Part shown: positions 9,973 to 20,149 of the stretch, piece by piece | How positions within the stretch are numbered: position 1 is the first letter of the stretch | Layout of the letters: every line of letters starts with the position of its first letter | Source: Glaciecola sp. | GTDB lineage: Bacteria > Pseudomonadota > Gammaproteobacteria > Enterobacterales > Alteromonadaceae | Assembly (NCBI GenBank): GCA_029251505.1 | Contig: JAQXDG010000179.1 | Location: 399 to 64,398 of the forward strand | Direction of reading: 5' to 3' | DNA length: 64,000 bases | Made by a program: the position numbers and the translations under genes | The notes under the pieces: model-generated | What the model was told of the DNA's origin: nothing | What the model saw: the letters and a program-made list of their open reading frames with translations, nothing else | Databases searched by the model: none

Positions 9973-12900
9973 ATGGCTGAAAAACAACACACATACCCTT
10001 GGTATACTATGTTTGTGCGCAGTGGGCATCTACTCGCGTTAACAATCATTATCGTATTAGTAGCGGGCTTATCTGCGATTCAAACGTTGCCCCGTCTTGA
10101 AGACCCACGTATTGATTTACGCAATGCATTGATCTTAACTGCTTTTCCCGGCGCCTCTGCTGAACGCGTTGAGGCGTTAGTGACTGATGTACTTGAGGAC
10201 GAGCTTCGCGAATTGTCTGAAATAAAATTTATAGAATCGACATCCAAAGCCGGCTTTTCAGCTTTGTTAATCGAACTACAAGATTCGGTTGATAACTCAA
10301 ACAATCAACAAATATTTTCTAAAATTCGTGACAGCATGAATGATGCTGCTGCCCGTTTCCCTCCAGGTGCAGGCACACCAATATTAGAAGACAAACGAGG
10401 CGCTACGTCGTTTACTGTAATGTTTGCCTTGAAAGCTAAGTACCCTGATACGACGTCATTAGCCATGGTGGGGCGTTTTGCTAGTGAGATATCGGATCAA
10501 TTCCGTAATATTGGTGGAACGGAAATCGTTAATATTTTCGGACAACCGACAGAGCAAATCACAGTCAGTATCGATCCAGATAAACTCGCAAGCATAGGTA
10601 TCACGGCTCAAGATGTTTCTGAAGCTATTGCCAATGCCGATCCTAAATTACCGGCGGGTGTCGTCTATGCTGACCAGATTAATATTCGAGTCCAAGTCGC
10701 GCAAGAGCTGGCAAGTTTAGATGTCATTAATAACATTCCAGTGTTTTCAGAAAATGGTAATTATTTACGAGTATCTGATGTGGCTCAAGTCACGCGAGAT
10801 TGGCAAACACCCATGTTACATAAAGCCATATTGAATGGTGATGAAGTGGTATTTGTGGCTGCTCGAATGCAAAATAATGTGCGGGTTGATTATTGGACCG
10901 AACAAATTAAACAACAAGCGGAGCATTTTACCCAAACTTATGGTGGCTCAGTTGACGTTGATTTAATTTTTGAACAAAACAGTTATACCCAAGAGCGTTT
11001 GACAGAGTTAACGGGTAATTTAATTTTGGGCTCTGCGGTAGTCATGCTGGTGGTCTTGTTTTTCATGGGGATAAAGTCGTCTTGGATAGTAGGATTGTCG
11101 CTTCCAATGAGTGCTTTTTTTGCGGTATTTTCGTTAGCATTTTTTGATGAACAGATACATCAAATGTCAATATTTGGGATTATCATAGCCATAGGTCTGT
11201 TGATTGATAATGCCATCGTTATGACCGACGAGATAAGACAAAACTTGCTCAAACCCAATGCCACTAGAGTTGGTGCATTTACCAAAAGCATTCAGCATTT
11301 ATTTGCGCCCTTGTTCGCTTCAACGCTAACAACCATTTTAGGGTTTATGCCAATATTTTTACTCAATGGAAATATTGGTGATTTCATTGGCTCCATTGCT
11401 GTGTCGGTGGTAATGGCATTAATCGGATCATTTTGGTTATCGATTACGGTTATTGCGGCGTTAGCTGCGCGTTTTTTACCTAAATCGCATGCTGCGGATG
11501 CACCTTGGTATGCGCAAGGTTTTCAGTTACCTCAAGTGTCGTCAGCGTTTGCCGCGCTGCTGCGCAAAGCACTGCATAAACCGCTCGTTGTATTACCTGC
11601 TTGTATTGTGATTTGTTTGCTGGGTTTTGGATTAGCATCGACCTTAGCAAATGTATTTTTCCCTTCTGCAGATCGCGACCAATTTGTGGTTGAGGCTTAT
11701 TTGCCACCAGGCAGTTCAATTAATGCGACTTATGAACTTGCGTTGTCGATGGACGCGGTGATTAATGAATACGAAGGTATTAAACAAGTCACGTGGTTGG
11801 TGGGTAACTCCACCCCCATGGTGTACTACAATCAGGTAATGAACAAAGACAATTCACCAGAATACGCGAATGGCGTGATCACTGTCGACTCGATGGAGCG
11901 TGCTGCTAATATGATCGATCGCTTGCAATTGGATTTACAATCAGAGTTTCCGCAAGCGAAAGTAATAGTTAAATCGTTTGGACAAGGTCCCCCCATTCCA
12001 GCCCCTGTGGAGGTGGATGTGTATGGTCCTGATTTGGCCGTATTGGAACAAATAGGCCAAGATATTCGTTTAGTGATGGCTAATACTCCTGGCTTATCGC
12101 AATCGATTGCGTCAATTACAGTCTCTGAGCCTGAGTTAATAATTGATACCACACGCGACCGTGCGAGTAATTCAGGACTAAACTTGAACGAGTTATCAGG
12201 GCAACTACAACTCGCGTTAAATGGTCAGTTTGGAGGTTCTATTGTCGAACAAACAGAAGAGATCCCGATAAAAGTGCGGATCGGTAATGAGCAGCGCAGT
12301 GATTTGATTGGTTTGGCAGCATTGCCATTAGCCGCAAGAGGGCATGATGCAACTAACCCTTGGTTGCCGGTTGCAGCGTTAGGCGACTTTAATTTACAAC
12401 CTGCTATTTCGGGTATCACCCGCAAAGATGGAGAACGCGTTAATCGAGTTCAAGGTTATTTAATGCAAGGTGTGCCACCTGTGGACGCATCGAATCAAAT
12501 TCGTGATGCACTTGAAGACTATCCATTACCGGATGGCTATAGAATTAAAATGGCAGGTGATGCAGATAAACAACAAGAGGCCATAGGTCAGTTAGCGACG
12601 TATGCGCCGGTCTTAGTCGTGATGATGATTACGGCATTGATCCTAACGTTTAAAAGTGTGCGTTTTGCAGCCGTAATTGGCTCAGTCATGATTTTATCAG
12701 TAGGCTTAGGCATGTTGAGTTTATGGTTCTCAGGTCACGCGATTGGTTTCAATCCTATTTTAGGTTGCGCAGGATTAATCGGTGTTGCCATTAATGGCTC
12801 GATAGTAGTGATAGCGGCGATCAATGCCAACCCCAAAGCGTTAGCCGGCGATACAGAAGAAATTATTGCTGAAACGATGAGTTGTAGTCGGCATATTTTA

Positions 12901-13131
12901 TCCACCACGTTTACCACTGTGGGTGGTTTGATACCGTTGTTACTGTTTACATCTGGATCATTTTGGCCACCATTGGCGGTGGTACTGGCTGGTGGCGTTG
13001 GATTTTCAATCTTGCTATCATTGCTTTATACACCAGTCATTATAGCCACCTTATGCCGTATTAGAGCGCGTAAAAATGCCCGAATTACGGCAAAATATGC
13101 AGCGAGAATGGCGCATGTGGAACAAAATTAA
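9973..13131 (+). CDS. RND family efflux permease (AcrB/AcrD/AcrF superfamily)
   Basis: 1052-aa ORF with the 12-TM, two-large-periplasmic-loop organisation typical of AcrB-type transporters. It begins 12 nt after the adaptor gene. Confidence 0.9.
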   Translation: MAEKQHTYPWYTMFVRSGHLLALTIIIVLVAGLSAIQTLPRLEDPRIDLRNALILTAFPGASAERVEALVTDVLEDELRELSEIKFIESTSKAGFSALLIELQDSVDNSNNQQIFSKIRDSMNDAAARFPPGAGTPILEDKRGATSFTVMFALKAKYPDTTSLAMVGRFASEISDQFRNIGGTEIVNIFGQPTEQITVSIDPDKLASIGITAQDVSEAIANADPKLPAGVVYADQINIRVQVAQELASLDVINNIPVFSENGNYLRVSDVAQVTRDWQTPMLHKAILNGDEVVFVAARMQNNVRVDYWTEQIKQQAEHFTQTYGGSVDVDLIFEQNSYTQERLTELTGNLILGSAVVMLVVLFFMGIKSSWIVGLSLPMSAFFAVFSLAFFDEQIHQMSIFGIIIAIGLLIDNAIVMTDEIRQNLLKPNATRVGAFTKSIQHLFAPLFASTLTTILGFMPIFLLNGNIGDFIGSIAVSVVMALIGSFWLSITVIAALAARFLPKSHAADAPWYAQGFQLPQVSSAFAALLRKALHKPLVVLPACIVICLLGFGLASTLANVFFPSADRDQFVVEAYLPPGSSINATYELALSMDAVINEYEGIKQVTWLVGNSTPMVYYNQVMNKDNSPEYANGVITVDSMERAANMIDRLQLDLQSEFPQAKVIVKSFGQGPPIPAPVEVDVYGPDLAVLEQIGQDIRLVMANTPGLSQSIASITVSEPELIIDTTRDRASNSGLNLNELSGQLQLALNGQFGGSIVEQTEEIPIKVRIGNEQRSDLIGLAALPLAARGHDATNPWLPVAALGDFNLQPAISGITRKDGERVNRVQGYLMQGVPPVDASNQIRDALEDYPLPDGYRIKMAGDADKQQEAIGQLATYAPVLVVMMITALILTFKSVRFAAVIGSVMILSVGLGMLSLWFSGHAIGFNPILGCAGLIGVAINGSIVVIAAINANPKALAGDTEEIIAETMSCSRHILSTTFTTVGGLIPLLLFTSGSFWPPLAVVLAGGVGFSILLSLLYTPVIIATLCRIRARKNARITAKYAARMAHVEQN

Positions 13132-13215
13132 ACAAATTTGGCATACTGACTGTGCGTATTGCATGCGTTGGCGCTATATTATTTTATATGGTGTCGTATG
13201 TATGCTCTTATATCT

Positions 13216-13965
13216 ATGGCTAATGACTTAACTAGTGAGAACAACACTGTGATTGAGACTGAACAGCATTCTGTTGCTGAAGAACAAACAATTCGGATCC
13301 GGGCAGCTTCCAAAGGCAATGGATTAACCAGTTTGTTAGCGGGTGTCGTTGCAATAATACTTGGCTTCGTGTTGCTGGGGATCGTGCCTAAACAATTTGT
13401 TTTAGTCGCGATTGCTTGTATTGCAATAGGCATTATTGCACTTGTTATTGGTTTTTTTAAACTAAAAGAACCGGAACATTCTTTAATTATTAATCCTGAC
13501 GGCATCAAATACCATCATCGATATGGCACTTGGTTTATTACTTGGGAAAATATTCAACGGATTGATACACCACGAGTCACTCGAGGGTTAGAGCAAGTTG
13601 ACTTAAGCATGGTGGGGTTTAGGATCAAATCGTATACGCCATTGTTTGGTCATATTTCGCAACGTCTGATGACCAATTTGCTGATGGAGCAACGGCCATT
13701 ATTGATGCAAAATACCGATCCGAGCTGTCAAACCGGACAATGCCCTAGTAGCGATTTAATTGAAAATCAAAAGCATAAACTTCCTGAAGGCGATATTTTG
13801 ACTGGCGTGCAGGGAATGTTTGCTAATAGGATGCAAAAGCTCAGAGATCACTTAGGATACGATATTTATGTGAATGAAGCTGAGTTAGATCGGACAGCCG
13901 ACGAGTTTGTGGTATTAGTTCGCGCATGCCATGACGATGTCAAAACACGCCTCAATTATAATTAG
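13216..13965 (+). CDS. Hypothetical membrane protein (two TM helices, then a soluble domain), possibly DUF2982-like
   Basis: The ORF is open from 13159. The ATG at 13216 gives MANDLTSENN.... There is a hydrophobic hairpin LLAGVVAIILGFVLLGIV / VLVAIACIAIGIIALVIGFF. The family assignment is from memory only. Confidence 0.45.
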   Translation: MANDLTSENNTVIETEQHSVAEEQTIRIRAASKGNGLTSLLAGVVAIILGFVLLGIVPKQFVLVAIACIAIGIIALVIGFFKLKEPEHSLIINPDGIKYHHRYGTWFITWENIQRIDTPRVTRGLEQVDLSMVGFRIKSYTPLFGHISQRLMTNLLMEQRPLLMQNTDPSCQTGQCPSSDLIENQKHKLPEGDILTGVQGMFANRMQKLRDHLGYDIYVNEAELDRTADEFVVLVRACHDDVKTRLNYN

Positions 13966-14966
13966 TCAATGCTCTGGTTTAACCACTCTTGAGCATCATT
14001 GACCACGCGATCCGCTTCCTCCGCCAACGCATTTAAATGTAATTCCAGTCCATCTAAGCAGTCCTTTTTAAATTGTGACTCAATCTCAAAACACAATCGC
14101 TGCAAACGTGGAACACCAGTATAACAACATGCACCGTGGAGCTTGTGCACATCATCATGGATTGAATTTAATCTGGACATCTCTTGGTAGGCTTTAATAT
14201 CAAGGATCATTGTGGGTAGCATGATGACAAATTCACTTAGCAATTCTCGGGCTGCAGGTTCGTTATAATTAGCCCGTTTAACTGCTAATTCCCAATCGAG
14301 CGATACTAGCGTAGCAATATCTAATGACACGACTTTAGGCGCTGAAAAAGTCTGGCTATCGGGTCTTTTACACCACAGCTCAATCACCTTGATTAAGTAT
14401 TCTACGTCAATCGGTTTGGGTAAAAAATCGTCAAAGCCAGATGACAAAAAGCGTTGTTTATCTTCATTAAAAGCATGTGCAGTTAACGCGATGATAGGTG
14501 TACCCATGTTGCGTGAAATTTTGCGGATATGTTGCGTTGTTTGTACTCCATCCATGCCTGGCATTTGGACATCCATCAGTATCAGATCGAACTCTTTTGT
14601 CTTGCATTGTTCGATTGCGGCAGACCCACTATTGGCAGTGGTTAAATTGATTTTCGAATTCTTTAAAAACGTCGTCAATAATTTTAAATTAATAGGCATG
14701 TCATCTACCGCTAGGACCGATAAGAGCGGGAGATTGTGTAGTTTTCGTTGGATCGGGCTGATGTTTTCACGCTGTTGTAAATTGGATATACTGCGCAATT
14801 TGGACAGCGTAAAGGGGAGCGTCATTTGCCTGGATACTTTGCTTCTAAAGCGTTCGTGTTGTGCTAGAGGCATAAATCCTGAATATAAAATAATGATTTT
14901 TTTGGAATTGATATGTTCTGATTGTTCTAAAAATGTGACTCGCTCAAAAGATGTATCTTGTGGCAA
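13962..14966 (-). CDS. Receiver (REC) plus HPt phosphotransfer module, the C-terminal part of an interrupted hybrid sensor kinase
   Basis: REC motifs: LAVDDMPINL, DLILMDVQMPGMDG, LTAHAF, LPKPI. The HPt His lies in HKLHGACCYTG. The ORF is in the same frame as ORF 15027..16727 and separated from it only by one TAG plus 20 open codons. There is no ATG or SD at the 5' end. Confidence 0.7.
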   Translation of the reverse strand: MPQDTSFERVTFLEQSEHINSKKIIILYSGFMPLAQHERFRSKVSRQMTLPFTLSKLRSISNLQQRENISPIQRKLHNLPLLSVLAVDDMPINLKLLTTFLKNSKINLTTANSGSAAIEQCKTKEFDLILMDVQMPGMDGVQTTQHIRKISRNMGTPIIALTAHAFNEDKQRFLSSGFDDFLPKPIDVEYLIKVIELWCKRPDSQTFSAPKVVSLDIATLVSLDWELAVKRANYNEPAARELLSEFVIMLPTMILDIKAYQEMSRLNSIHDDVHKLHGACCYTGVPRLQRLCFEIESQFKKDCLDGLELHLNALAEEADRVVNDAQEWLNQSID

Positions 14967-15026
14967 TGTGAGGAAACAAAAGTCAAATTCTGGTAACCGA
15001 GTATCGTTATATAGAGAAGCTAAAAA

Positions 15027-16727
15027 CTAACAGCTTTCAGCACTGGTAATAACCATACCTGCGTGTTTTAAGAGGCGAGCTGTATTGCGACGAGACTCGG
15101 GTTTTGGGTCGATAATTAAGACTCGTTTATCAATAAATGAGTCTTGATTATCGTAAATTCCTTGGCGATCAACCACTTTTTGTTGCACTTTTACCACAAA
15201 TGAAGTGCCAATACGCTCTTCTGAAATGACATTGATCGAACCTTTCATTATTTTAATAATATCTCGGCTGATCGCTAATCCAAGGCCACTTCCCTGGTAC
15301 TCTATATTGATTTCATCATCAATTTGTGAAAAAGCAGAAAACAATTTCTTAATATTGTTTTCTGAAATACCAAATCCTGTATCGTCAACTTTAATAATCA
15401 GTTCAACCATCTCATTGTTTAAGTTATTGCATACGACACTCAATGATACGTGTCCGGATTGGGTGAATTTTAGGGCATTACTCAATAAATTAGTAATGAC
15501 TTGCTTAAGGCGTAAAAAATCACCTTCTAATTTCCTTGGAAGATTGTCTATATAAAAATTAAATTCTAACTGTTTGAGTTGTGCCGATTTAGCATTGATT
15601 TCTACAATATCTTCAAAAAATTCTAATGGGTGATATTCTCTGTTAGTGATTTTAAATTTTCCAGCTTCAATTTTAGAAAGATCCAACACATCATTGACCA
15701 AAGATGATAAATTTTTTGAAGCGATATTGATGAGATTAATTTGCTCGGTTCTTTCTTCCGGCTGAGAATTGTTTTTTAGTTCTTGGCTAAACCCTAGAAT
15801 TGCGTTTAAGGGGGTACGTATTTCATGAGAGATGTTAGCTAAAAATCGAGTTTTAATATTACTGGCTTTTAATGCTTTTTTACGAGCGATATCTAGACTG
15901 TGATTTTGGGTATTAATGACTTCAATTTTCGAATGTAAATCGTCGGTAATTGCATGTATTTCTTCAATGAGTAATTGTTTGCGCTTGTAGTTTAGAGCAA
16001 ATGTAAACATGATTGCTTGTAATAAAAAAATAAATGCAGTCGTGATCGATAAAAAACTCGATATATCTGAGTTGAAATATTGCTCTATAAATAAGTACAT
16101 CGTGTAGGGAAAAGGCAAAATCATGCCGACAAAACAAAAGATGATAGGCGATGAAGGTGTCTTGATTTGTTGTGAACTAATTACGCTATAAGTTAACGAT
16201 GACACTGCAAGTAGTGCGAGAATGATAGTATTTTTGGTACTAATACTGATGCTAAAATTGAATAAGCCGATACCGGTAAGCAACAATAATAACAAGATCA
16301 CCACGGTGGCAAAATTGCTTTTATCAATGCGTCGAAATGTTTGCTCGGTGAACGTCATTAAAAATAAACCTGCTGAAAATGGAATCAGTAAGATAAGTGC
16401 ATTGGGTAATTCGAGATAACTGTCGGTGGAAGGCAGTGGAGCCATTTTACTGGTATAATTGGCTAATGAAATATTAAGCCAAATTAATATACAGACCACA
16501 TAAAATAAAAAGGCGAATGAAGACTTGTCGCGTTGTGTAAAAAATAGGCTTAAGTTATACAGCGATAAAATGCCTAAACTACCATAAATCAATCCAGAGA
16601 AGAAAACGGTTAAATCCTGAGTTGGGATTATAGAAATTGGCTCTAACGCTAATGTCGGCGAGGATAAACCAAGCATCACTAGCACCGATAATCTTTTCCA
16701 AAATGTAGTGACACGGATATCTGACAT
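15027..16727 (-). CDS. 7TM-type sensor histidine kinase (N-terminal part of an interrupted hybrid kinase)
   Basis: Multiple N-terminal TM helices, the HisKA H-box FLANISHEIRTPLNAILGF, and a HATPase domain (NLLSNALKFT, DDTGFGIS, GSGLGLAISR). It ends a few residues into a receiver-like segment (KRVLIIDPKPE...SAESC-TAG). Confidence 0.8.
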   Translation of the reverse strand: MSDIRVTTFWKRLSVLVMLGLSSPTLALEPISIIPTQDLTVFFSGLIYGSLGILSLYNLSLFFTQRDKSSFAFLFYVVCILIWLNISLANYTSKMAPLPSTDSYLELPNALILLIPFSAGLFLMTFTEQTFRRIDKSNFATVVILLLLLLTGIGLFNFSISISTKNTIILALLAVSSLTYSVISSQQIKTPSSPIIFCFVGMILPFPYTMYLFIEQYFNSDISSFLSITTAFIFLLQAIMFTFALNYKRKQLLIEEIHAITDDLHSKIEVINTQNHSLDIARKKALKASNIKTRFLANISHEIRTPLNAILGFSQELKNNSQPEERTEQINLINIASKNLSSLVNDVLDLSKIEAGKFKITNREYHPLEFFEDIVEINAKSAQLKQLEFNFYIDNLPRKLEGDFLRLKQVITNLLSNALKFTQSGHVSLSVVCNNLNNEMVELIIKVDDTGFGISENNIKKLFSAFSQIDDEINIEYQGSGLGLAISRDIIKIMKGSINVISEERIGTSFVVKVQQKVVDRQGIYDNQDSFIDKRVLIIDPKPESRRNTARLLKHAGMVITSAESC

Positions 16728-16833
16728 GAATATTTTGATTTTTTAAGGCAATACACCTCATGAGCGTATCACTAGTTAACATAATGTATTATTATTCGAA
16801 ACTAGACCAATAACAAGAATCTTTTGGATCCCT

Positions 16834-19209
16834 ATGAGTAACGAAGTCACCATTAATCAAGATGGAATAGAGCAACTCCCCATGCGACGCTTCACGGAAG
16901 ATGCTTATCTTAATTATTCGATGTACGTCATCATGGATCGCGCATTACCGCATATTGGCGATGGCTTAAAACCTGTTCAGCGCCGTATTATTTATGCGAT
17001 GTCTGATTTAGGCTTGAGCAATAATGCGAAGTATAAAAAATCGGCTCGTACTGTCGGTGATGTCTTGGGTAAATTTCACCCACATGGCGATTCAGCTTGT
17101 TATGAAGCAATGGTATTAATGGCACAACCGTTTACTTACCGTTATCCATTAGTGGATGGACAAGGTAACTGGGGAGCGCCAGATGATCCTAAGTCATTTG
17201 CAGCAATGCGTTATACCGAAGCGCGTTTATCCCGTTTTTCAGAAGTATTACTAGCGGAGCTGGGTCAAGGTACGGCGGATTGGTCGCCTAATTTTGATGG
17301 AACCCTAAAAGAGCCGAAAGTCTTGCCAGCACGTTTACCGCATATTTTGCTCAATGGCGTTACCGGTATCGCCGTAGGTATGGCTACTGATATTCCTCCG
17401 CATAATGTGCGTGAATTAGCCAATGCCTGCTCCCTGTTATTAGACAACTCGCGTACCGATTTAAGTGAACTATTGGAGCATGTGCAAGGCCCTGATTATC
17501 CGACCGATGCTGAAATCATTACGCCTCGCGCTGATATTCAAAAAATTTATGAAACTGGACGTGGCTCGATTAAAATGCGTGCGGTATATCACGAAGAAAA
17601 TGGTGACATCATTATTACTGCGTTGCCTCATCAAGCCTCTGGCGGTAAGATCTTGGAACAAATTGCAGCTCAAATGCAAGCCAAAAAATTACCTATGGTG
17701 ACTGATTTACGCGATGAATCAGACCATGAGAATCCGACTCGCCTATTGGTTACACCCCGTTCTAATCGTGTGGATATAGACCAGTTGATGGCGCATTTAT
17801 TTGCGACCACCGACTTAGAAAAAAACTATCGTGTAAATATTAATATGATCGGCTTGGACGGTCGTCCTCAGGTCAAAGATCTTAAATCAATTTTAAGTGA
17901 ATGGTTAACGTTTAGACGCGATACCGTTACACGTCGTCTGCAATACCGTCTAGATAAAATATTGGCACGTTTACATATTCTTGAAGGTCTGATGATCGCG
18001 TTTTTGAATATTGACGAAGTCATTGAAATTATTCGTCATCACGATGAACCTAAAAATGAATTAATGTCACGGTTTGGATTATCAGATACGCAAGCCGAAG
18101 CCATCCTAGATTTGAAATTACGCCATCTTGCTAAACTCGAAGAAATGAAGATCCTGGGTGAACAAGATGAATTGAGCAAAGAACGAGATTATCTGCAAAC
18201 CACATTAGGTTCTGATCGCCGAATGAAAACGCTGATCAAAAAAGAATTACAAGCTGATGCCGAAAAATACGGTGATGATCGTCGTTCTCCAATTGTTTCG
18301 CGTGGCGAATCCAAAGCATTAACAGAAAAAGAGTTGGTACCATCGGAAGCGGTCACTGTTGTGTTATCCGATAAAGGCTGGGCGCGTTGTGCCAAAGGAC
18401 ATGATGTCGACGTCGTTAATTTAAGTTACAAAGGCGATGACACTTATCAAGCGAGTGCTATGGGACGGAGCAATCAACCGGCAGTCTTTATTGATAGCTC
18501 GGGTCGCAGTTTTAGTTGTGATGCCCATACTTTACCGTCTGCAAGAAGCCAAGGCGAACCGTTAACCGGTCGCTTTAATATGGTCTCAAGTGAGAAGTTT
18601 GAACATGTGATCATGGCAACGGAACAACAAAAATTCTTGATGGCAAGTGATGCAGGATATGGGTTTGTGGGTTTGTTTGCCGATATGTTAAGTAAAAATA
18701 AAGCGGGTAAAGCCTATTTATCATTACCTAATGCAGCCAAAGTATTAGCGCCGGTTCGTGTCAATGATATTGCGACAGATATGTGTTTATCGATTTCGAA
18801 TGAAGGGCGGATGTTGTTGTTCCCATTACGTGATTTACCGAGTTTAGGTAAAGGTAAAGGCAACAAGATTATAAATATTCCGTCAGCTAAATCAAAAAGT
18901 CGCGAGGAGTTCGTGGTCGCGATTGCTGTCGTGCCCCTTGGCAGTGATGTCAAAGTCTTAGCTGGTAAACGCGGTATGACACTTAAAGCATCGGATCTAG
19001 AGCATTATTATGGTGAACGCGGACGTCGAGGCAATAAATTACCACGAGGTTTGCAACGTGTTGATGGGGTCGAAGTGTTAAACGGACACCAAGATGACGC
19101 TTTAGATGATGGCATAGTTGACCCTAGCCTCAATCCAGATAGTGCATCTGATACGCCGTCGAATAATGTTACTACGCCACAATCAGATGATTTGTTTGGT
19201 GAAGACTAG
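16834..19209 (+). CDS. parC: DNA topoisomerase IV subunit A
   Basis: The N-terminus [37 protein letters not shown] matches ParC. The catalytic Tyr lies in [10 protein letters not shown]. The 791-aa product has an acidic C-terminal tail. Confidence 0.93.
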   Translation: MSNEVTINQDGIEQLPMRRFTEDAYLNYSMYVIMDRALPHIGDGLKPVQRRIIYAMSDLGLSNNAKYKKSARTVGDVLGKFHPHGDSACYEAMVLMAQPFTYRYPLVDGQGNWGAPDDPKSFAAMRYTEARLSRFSEVLLAELGQGTADWSPNFDGTLKEPKVLPARLPHILLNGVTGIAVGMATDIPPHNVRELANACSLLLDNSRTDLSELLEHVQGPDYPTDAEIITPRADIQKIYETGRGSIKMRAVYHEENGDIIITALPHQASGGKILEQIAAQMQAKKLPMVTDLRDESDHENPTRLLVTPRSNRVDIDQLMAHLFATTDLEKNYRVNINMIGLDGRPQVKDLKSILSEWLTFRRDTVTRRLQYRLDKILARLHILEGLMIAFLNIDEVIEIIRHHDEPKNELMSRFGLSDTQAEAILDLKLRHLAKLEEMKILGEQDELSKERDYLQTTLGSDRRMKTLIKKELQADAEKYGDDRRSPIVSRGESKALTEKELVPSEAVTVVLSDKGWARCAKGHDVDVVNLSYKGDDTYQASAMGRSNQPAVFIDSSGRSFSCDAHTLPSARSQGEPLTGRFNMVSSEKFEHVIMATEQQKFLMASDAGYGFVGLFADMLSKNKAGKAYLSLPNAAKVLAPVRVNDIATDMCLSISNEGRMLLFPLRDLPSLGKGKGNKIINIPSAKSKSREEFVVAIAVVPLGSDVKVLAGKRGMTLKASDLEHYYGERGRRGNKLPRGLQRVDGVEVLNGHQDDALDDGIVDPSLNPDSASDTPSNNVTTPQSDDLFGED

Positions 19210-19246
19210 CTTGCTGGTTCTGACAATAACAGCTTGATAATAGAAA

Positions 19247-19279
19247 GGCGCTTAATGTTAAGCGCCTTTTTTGTTTTTT
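19247..19279. terminator. Bidirectional rho-independent terminator between convergent parC and the DUF1338 gene
   Basis: Stem GGCGCTTAA/TTAAGCGCC (19247-19255 / 19258-19266), flanked by an A-run upstream and TTTTTTGTTTTTT downstream. Confidence 0.7.
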
Positions 19280-19315
19280 AATGTGGGAAGCTGAGGCTAG
19301 TTGGCATCAGTTGCA

Positions 19316-20122
19316 TTAGTTAACGTTCGTACTTTCGAATATTTTATCGGCAGACGCTGCGACAAACCCTTGGTAAAGTTCACCGTTCGCCATTGCATAA
19401 CGTTGCGCAAATTCATAAAAACAGCTTGGGATAGCCACGGTTGCATCACTAAATGCAACGGGCATGCTATCCGCCATAGTTGAAGATTGCGCCAAACACA
19501 CCTCTGGACTGCCTTTTATCTCACCGCCGGATGTATTTAACACAAACCCATTTTCTTTGAGTAGCGCATTTACGTCAGTCAATTCATGCATTGAACTTAA
19601 ATGATTAACACTCACCGTAAAATGATTCGCTCTAAAGCCCCAAGCGGCCAACCACGCGGCATACTCAGATTCTGCTAGTAATGCACGGTAATCGGTTTCA
19701 CTGACTTGCCAATGTGTACCTGAGTACAGGAAGTTATCAGACGCCACAATGGCCAAATCCATATTAGCTAGCATTTTTTGAATAATTGCTTGGGCGTCAG
19801 TAGATAGTTCATCTACACGCAACTCACTGATAAACACTTTTGGTTGCGTTGGGTTAGGATGTTGAAAGTGCCATGCATTGAGTTTTTTACTATTAAAATC
19901 ATACTCACCACTTTGCACATACCCTAACTGGGTAAAATGGACTGCCAAGTCTGCAACAGCTAAACCGGGTACGTTAAATGTACGCAACGCAATGTGGTCA
20001 TTAATAATATCATTACTATTATCATGTTGCTGCAATAACTCATGAATACGCGCTGCTGACGGTGTAATCGCGACATAATCAGCCCATAAACCTGCAAATA
20101 AATCATTAATACTGGTATGCAT
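19316..20122 (-). CDS. DUF1338 / VOC-fold 2-oxoacid dioxygenase-decarboxylase-like protein (HglS/YdcJ family, short form)
   Basis: 268-aa ORF with a DHIALRTF motif (His-x3-Arg), NHFTVSVNHL and a YEFAQRY-type C-terminal segment. The size matches the roughly 267-aa Shewanella DUF1338 proteins I recall. It begins 27 nt downstream of astD. Confidence 0.55.
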   Translation of the reverse strand: MHTSINDLFAGLWADYVAITPSAARIHELLQQHDNSNDIINDHIALRTFNVPGLAVADLAVHFTQLGYVQSGEYDFNSKKLNAWHFQHPNPTQPKVFISELRVDELSTDAQAIIQKMLANMDLAIVASDNFLYSGTHWQVSETDYRALLAESEYAAWLAAWGFRANHFTVSVNHLSSMHELTDVNALLKENGFVLNTSGGEIKGSPEVCLAQSSTMADSMPVAFSDATVAIPSCFYEFAQRYAMANGELYQGFVAASADKIFESTNVN

Positions 20123-20149
20123 AACGTTATTCCTTGTAATGTCTTGTCG

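Noticed and set aside
14389-15030. A 213-aa plus-strand ORF spanning the kinase/receiver junction. The same applies to other long antisense ORFs in the track, for example 591..899, 1343..1639, 9006..9302, 20706..21170, 42746..43171 and 59111..59413.
   Set aside because: All lie entirely antisense to ORFs with strong family motifs. Their translations are low-complexity or Ser/Ala/Cys-rich with no recognisable motifs. They also lack RBS or promoter context. They are shadow ORFs, and the 14389 one is favoured by the AT-rich composition.
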